Positions 58,538 to 64,000 of a DNA stretch of 64,000 nucleotides are shown piece after piece (within the stretch, counting starts at the first letter, position 1; each line of letters begins with the position of its first letter). This stretch comes from a virus. The DNA lies in IMG/VR virus record IMGVR_UViG_3300037042_003533, positions 19,700-83,699 of that record. One strand, written 5' to 3'. Position numbers and translations under genes: made by a program. The notes under the pieces are model-generated. The model searched no databases. It saw nothing but the letters and a program-made list of their open reading frames with translations, and had not been told where the DNA came from.

Positions 58538-58774
58538 CTAGAAGATACTATCTTCCACCTGCTCGGCTAGTGCCTCGTTGTATTCCCTTAATTCGTCTAG
58601 TATCTCATCGTATGCTTTCACGATTTGTCTATCTTCCCACGACATCGCCTTGCCGCTTACCTTTACCTCATAATAGAGTAATTGGGTATCAACATCGCCG
58701 CACGATATAAAATCGTTCATGCTTACCGAATACCCGAAAAACTTTTTGAACGCTTCACCTACTATCATTGCCAT
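58538..58774 (-). CDS. Hypothetical protein enclosed by an inverted repeat
   Basis: ATG 58774; IR at 58507-58531 / 58790-58814. Confidence 0.6.
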   Translation of the reverse strand: MAMIVGEAFKKFFGYSVSMNDFISCGDVDTQLLYYEVKVSGKAMSWEDRQIVKAYDEILDELREYNEALAEQVEDSIF

Positions 58775-58919
58775 TGCTTTACTCTTTCCTGCTGGCCTAT
58801 GAGCAAGTAACAAATTGATCCTACTCTTTGACCACCATAAGATATGATGGTCAAAGAGCAGTATCCTACCATACCCCAAAACGTGCGATCTTGTGATCAC
58901 AATCTGCAATAGTAAGGGG

Positions 58920-61900
58920 TTACTCCTCAACTAACTTTCCAGTGATGACTCCACAAGTATTGATGTAATACAGTGTCCATGGTTGCCCATAAGCATCATA
59001 GAGATCATCATGATCGGGTATACATTCCCCCCACTCCTCCACCCCCATCATACTCATGTTATCAATGCGCTTGTATGCTCGCGCAATAAGCCTTGCAATA
59101 TCTGCTTTCCAAGCTTGGCGAATTTTCCCGCGCTTAGTATACTTTGATGGATTCCAAGCATACCTTTGTGAATTTACCGGGAGAGTTTCCGGCTTTTGAT
59201 ATAATATTCGCATGATTGTTTAATCCTTTTCTCTAAAACTGCTATACGTTATTTCCTACTATTTGGGGTATAAGCATATTTTACCTATACCCCAAATAGC
59301 AGGAGTCGATCTGAATTGATCGACTCTCTGTTAGGGGAGGCGATTATCCAACCAAGCATACGTTGCAGCACTTGGCAAGGTACCGAATGTATCTTATCTG
59401 ATGTTGGGTGTAGTTGATCGAGTCAACGTCAACACTAGGATCACCATAGTTGTATATGGGCCGATTATGCTTTCCTCGGAAGATCGGTATCAATTCGGCT
59501 CGATGATATTTGTACTGCAAATTGTTGTGGTACCGTTGGCGGTACAGATCAAGATCGTTTGTCAATCGCTCATACTCAAATTGTAGTTGATCATAGGGTA
59601 TAGCGAATCGACCGGGCGCGTGCTTTGTGCAATCAATAGTGGGCCAGATCGGTCTATTTTGACGCCTAAAGGCCGCCGTCTGATAATCCCAAGGTGTAAG
59701 TCGCCAGTGTCCTTGTTTGTCCTTATATCCCATCTTATAATCCTTTGCTGATAACTAGTAGAACGTTATTTACTGCTTTCCTGCCAACTGAGGTATACCG
59801 GTTTTCGGGTATACCCCAATTGGCAGAAAGTGATCTCATCAGATCACGATCTGCTATGGGAAGGGGATTAGGACTCAGCATATCTCAGTAGATCAAGTGT
59901 GGTGCTATTCAGTGGTTTGTCACACTCAAGAATACGCATGTTACAATCCCATGATCCCGGCTGACATCTTTTGTCTTGCGCGATCTCAAGCTTTCTTAGC
60001 GCGGCATAAGCGCATTTCAGCTTGCGATGTTTGCTCACTGTCTCATAAGCACTATCTGGCGCATGAACGTGCGCCCACTTGGTTTGTTGTACTTCGAACA
60101 TTCTAGACTCCTTCTATGCTATCTTTACGTTATTTCCTGCCAATTGTGGTATAAGTATACTTTACCTATACCCCAATTGGCAGAAAGTGATCTTTTCAGA
60201 TCACGATCTGCTAAGGTAAGGGGGAAAATCTAGTCGGTTTCTTTTTCTAGCCAACCAAGATCGCCCAAAGCCTCTAAAATATCCTCTTTGTACAACCAAC
60301 CCTCATTATCCCAAGCCGAGTCAAACTCGGATTCCATCTGAGTCTTGATATAGTCAACGACGATCTCAACCCAGGACTCCGGCTTATCATCGATGGTGGC
60401 ACGAGACTCACACTTGATCGACTCTTCCATATTGCTAGAATATTCCTCATATTCCATATTGGAATAGTGATCCTCATCAGCCGCAGGATAGCCGTCAAGC
60501 TTATCTAGCCAATACAAAACACGCCTTCCGGCTTTCGTGATCCGCCCGTTCTTGGTGATCATCTTAACGGATAGGTGATCCTCCCACCCACAAGCCCAAT
60601 GGCTACAGTGATCAATGATAGTGTTTTTGGGGTGGCGCGTGATCATATCCTCACTAATTACTTCCCAGTTTGAGCGCTCCAAAACATCAGAGTCGCGATT
60701 GACTGAGAAAGTAAAGGCCCAAGTCTCACCAAGATCGGCTTCCCCGTGATAACCAAAATCGGGGATATTCTTGCTTTCTTTGACGATCTGGCGGGCGATC
60801 TCACTGTCGGTCTTATCTTGTTTGAATTGATAGAAATCTTTGTGATTCATTTTTGTTTTCCTTTATTAGCTATAGGGTATTTTCTGCTATACCCCAATTT
60901 CCGTGCCTTAAGCTTTGCATATAGGTTATGCAAGGCTTAAGGCAAGGGGCGATCTATCCTGAGATCGCCGCTTGTCTGGTATTACAGCCCATGAGACAAC
61001 TACAGCCATTCACTTCTGAGAGCATATCCGCCCGACTTGTGCATGTGCGGAGTCCGATCAGTATCCCCGTTGTGGTGCTCATTGCTGGGGCAGTGTCCAC
61101 CAGTACACTCAAAGCCATCAGGATATAGAATTGATCCCAGGGTATACACCAAGTGAAACCCCATATCCATCCCACACCCTTCCATTTTAACCCCATCATA
61201 GCTACGATTGATCGCCTTGCCAAGCAGTACACTCGCAGCATAGTTAGGGTGAATAGGGTAGCCGTCTTTGGTGATAATGACTAGTCCGATATGACGAGTC
61301 ATACCAGATCGGCTACAATGGCGCAAAATGCAGTAGATTGTATCGCCCGGCTTGACTACTGACCGTAAGAATTCCTTTTGTTCCTCTATTTCCTTATCTG
61401 AGTATTTCATCGTCTATTCCTTTGCTGATAACTAGTAGAACGTTATATTTTCCTGCCAACTGAGGTATACCCGAAAAACAAGTATACCCCAATTGGCAGA
61501 AAGTGATCTTTTCAGATCACGATCTGTTATGGTAAGGGGATTAGATATAGAATAATCCCGCGCAACCAGTAGGGCGAATCTGTGTATGTTGTTCATAAGC
61601 ACAATATCCCGCCATTTGAGCAATCAAGCAAGCTCTTTTGTATGTTATAGAATTATATTCTCTGATCCCGTTTGATCGTTCTATGTTGCAAAAATAACCA
61701 TTAGTGTAGTTGCTATACCCTACTTCAATCGCGCAAATTCTATTTTTCATTCTAGACTCCTTGCTTGCTATCTTTACGTTATTTCCTGCCAACTGAGGTA
61801 TACCGGTTTTCGGGTATACCCCAATTGGCAGAAAGTGATCTTTTCAGATCACGATCTGCTATGGTAAGGGATTATACACTTCTGGCACAAGTACACTCAG

Positions 61901-63078
61901 CAATACCCATACAGGAGCAATGGCAATCGGCCAGTGTTTTGTAGTTGTGATCCCTAAACAAAGTTTGACGCGCTTCCCATCTATGCGCTTGGCAATGCCA
62001 CAATGACACACTGATCGGCTTTCCTTCTATATCGGCTTGACTCCAATAGTGTGCAATTTTGGCATCGTAACAAAACAAACAGAAATGTCTTTCTTTTGAC
62101 AAATCCTTGAAAAACTCCCGATGTGTTTTGATGTTTATCATGAGTTTATCCTTCCATACTATCTTTACGTTATTTGTTTCCTGCCAATTGCGGTATACCA
62201 GTTTCCAGGTATACCCCAATTGGCAGAAAGTGATCCTTTCAGATCACGATCTGCTATGGTAAGGGGGGAGTATTATCTAAATGTATCTTCATAGGCAAGG
62301 GCCGTCAGAGAGTCCTGGGCTTCTTGCCACTCGTTCTCACGGTTTGACCAGCGCTTAAAGCTATTTACCCTCATTCCTATTTGGCGGGGAGTTTGACCTA
62401 TAAACTCAGGATTACCGTCCCCAGTATACCAGCCATTAGTTTTTGATCTGATATCTTGAGTAATACAAACACCATCGACAAAAACAAGTTGCTGGATACC
62501 ATGCCCACAATCTATATCTCGTTCATACACCTTGCAGTTCATTTTAAGTTTACTCCTTGCTTACTATCCGAACGTTACCCTACCCTATACGCCAATTTAC
62601 CGATGTTTGATCTTGATCCAATTGGCGCATAGGGTAAGGGGGAAATGACACAATAAATTGTGCCAGGCTTTCCCCTTACCAGCAAATTGGCTATCGCTTT
62701 GCTAGACTGGCCGTATGATCGTAGTATGACCTACTGATCACCCAACTACGCGCAATGCTCATTGTACCATACGCAGAAAAACTCAATTTCCTTGCGAGTG
62801 TTGAACATATCAATCTCGCCCGGATAACCTGATAGGTCAATATCCCCAGCATTCTGATCGTCAATTCTGATCGAATGATGGTATGACTCATCTTGCAATA
62901 CCTCAAAACTCCAATGCTTTCGAATGTTTCCCAACACTCTGATCTTCCCATCAATGTCATTGAGATCGTTTTGTTTTTCGTCAATTGCTGCTTGGCGTGC
63001 CTCTCTCAGTGTTGGGTAAGCACTAACACTATCGGGCAAGTATCCATCTTGCCCTACTTGCACAAAATATACTTTCAT
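58920..63078 (-). CDS. Cassette-like early genes (58920-59213, 59344-59733, 59868-60101, 60230-60850, 61000-61410, 61541-61750, 61872-62141, 62273-62542, 62746-63078)
   Basis: One ORF, nearly all with an AAGGA-type RBS, between consecutive copies of the intergenic element. Confidence 0.7.
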
Positions 63079-63263
63079 CTTATCTCACTTTCTTGTGATA
63101 TGTTTCACAAACTCCAAACATGAGCAATTGCTCATATTCCCGGTATACCCTAGAAGGGGAATACCTTACCATACCCCAAAACGTACAAAAGTGTTTTGAG
63201 CTATGGTAAGGTGAGAAGGGTATTACTCTGCCCTTCTCTATCCTTACTGATGGCCGAATGATG

Positions 63264-63731
63264 CTATGCAACCTTGGCTACTTTCTTTGCCTCATTGTTA
63301 CGCATATTTAGCAACCATTTCACCATGTCCGATTCAGACCGGCTATCCTTGTGCCACTTATCAATCAATCGTTGTTCTGTTGCACTAAGTGCTCCCAGGG
63401 TGACGATTGTGGACACTGTAGACACTGTGGCAGGCTTGGCTACTGCTGGGGTTACTTCAGTTTTGGCAGCCACAACAACAGGCTTGGCGATCTTTGCTGG
63501 CATTAGGGGGAGAGTGTATTGTTTCCCGTCAAGCTTGATCGTCAGAGTCTCGATTGTACTCTGATATGCCAAATTTTGGGCTTCCAGGTACTTAATGTAG
63601 GTTTCAGCCTTGCTACCCCAGCGGTGAAGCGCCTTACCCTGTTTTTGTGCTCTGTAGAGCTTATCTTGCGTATCCAGCAAAGCACCAAGCAGAGCTAAAC
63701 TGACTATGACTAAAATAACGTTTGCGATCAT
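63264..63731 (-). CDS. Membrane-anchored coiled-coil protein
   Basis: AAGGAG RBS; N-terminal TM helix. Confidence 0.7.
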   Translation of the reverse strand: MIANVILVIVSLALLGALLDTQDKLYRAQKQGKALHRWGSKAETYIKYLEAQNLAYQSTIETLTIKLDGKQYTLPLMPAKIAKPVVVAAKTEVTPAVAKPATVSTVSTIVTLGALSATEQRLIDKWHKDSRSESDMVKWLLNMRNNEAKKVAKVA

Positions 63732-64000
63732 TGTAAACTCCTTGTGTTTTAATAATTTAGGACGTTATTATTTAAGATACTTAATTTTATAGTATCTTGG
63801 CAGTAGACAAACACTAGAAAGATCAAAACTCAGCTAACCATAGGCGATATAGGTCAATCTGACTCTGGTAATACTCAATCGCTGGTAAGTTTTGCACTTG
63901 CTGCGAATGAGCTAACAGAGTCTCAAAATTGGCTAGACTGTCGACTATCATGGTCTTTGTGTAGATTGTCATTTTGCTACACCCAAAAGTAGGCTAAAAA

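Larger units (their letters stand above)
57517..62645 (-). repeat. Dispersed ~95-nt double-hairpin intergenic repeat (copies ~57517-57618, 59246-59340, 59763-59866, 60127-60225, 61440-61540, 61776-61871, 62167-62268; degenerate 62572-62645)
   Basis: Consensus on +: ACGTTA..TTTCCTGCCAAYTGNGGTATA-loop-TATACCCCAATTGGCAGAAAGTGATC-N6-GATCACGATCTGCTATGGTAAGGGG. Confidence 0.92.

Noticed and set aside
52936-58814. Insertion sequences or invertible segments (IR-flanked)
   Set aside because: No transposase, every IR pair differs in sequence, no target duplications seen, all genes keep one orientation, and mismatches are strand-biased G-U pairs
61432-61623. ORFs running through the repeat element (also 57523-57756, 60027-60233, and the N-terminal extensions of 61792 and 62219)
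   Set aside because: They merely translate the non-coding repeat; better RBS-supported starts exist downstream
61760-61795. TTGGCA...TAGCAT/TAGTAT as a sigma70 promoter within the repeat element
   Set aside because: Spacing varies between copies (16-20 bp) and the start site would fall within the RBS
57517-62645. CRISPR array
   Set aside because: Repeats are ~95 nt, intervals are several hundred nt and contain ORFs with RBSs; no cas genes in the window
1-64000. Alternative genetic code, retron or diversity-generating retroelement
   Set aside because: Long genes are intact in the standard code with all three stops used; no reverse transcriptase or TR/VR pair seen

Overview
This 64 kb window (GC visibly near 40-45%) is part of a tailed dsDNA phage genome of siphovirus type. 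The + strand from 1 to 31.7 kb carries the 3' end of a probable major capsid gene, accessory virion genes, a sugar-modification cluster (PseB/CapD-like dehydratase, methyltransferase, GT2, GT2, HNH, GT4-GT2-GT2-HhH), a candidate lysin, a micro-gene array, DUF1360/holin-like genes and a complete tail module (tube, chaperones, tape measure, Dit, three paralogous fibre/baseplate proteins, Gp37-like protein). The - strand from 31.7 to 49.8 kb carries RuvC, a second micro-gene array, a tyrosine recombinase, a RelE-like gene, an adenine methyltransferase, PolA, DnaB, primase and a structured non-coding block with a degenerate tRNA. A short + strand operon lies at 50.4-52.1 kb. The most unusual part is the - strand early-type region at 52.2-64 kb. 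Its small genes are separated by a repeated ~95-nt double-hairpin element. Six of its genes are each enclosed (RBS+ORF+stop) by their own 20-28 bp inverted repeat, whose mismatches are almost all G-U wobbles on the coding strand, which points to an RNA or ssDNA 'gene-in-a-loop' architecture. A Chloroflexota-like host is only an impression from protein style. All product calls come from motif recognition by eye, without database searches.
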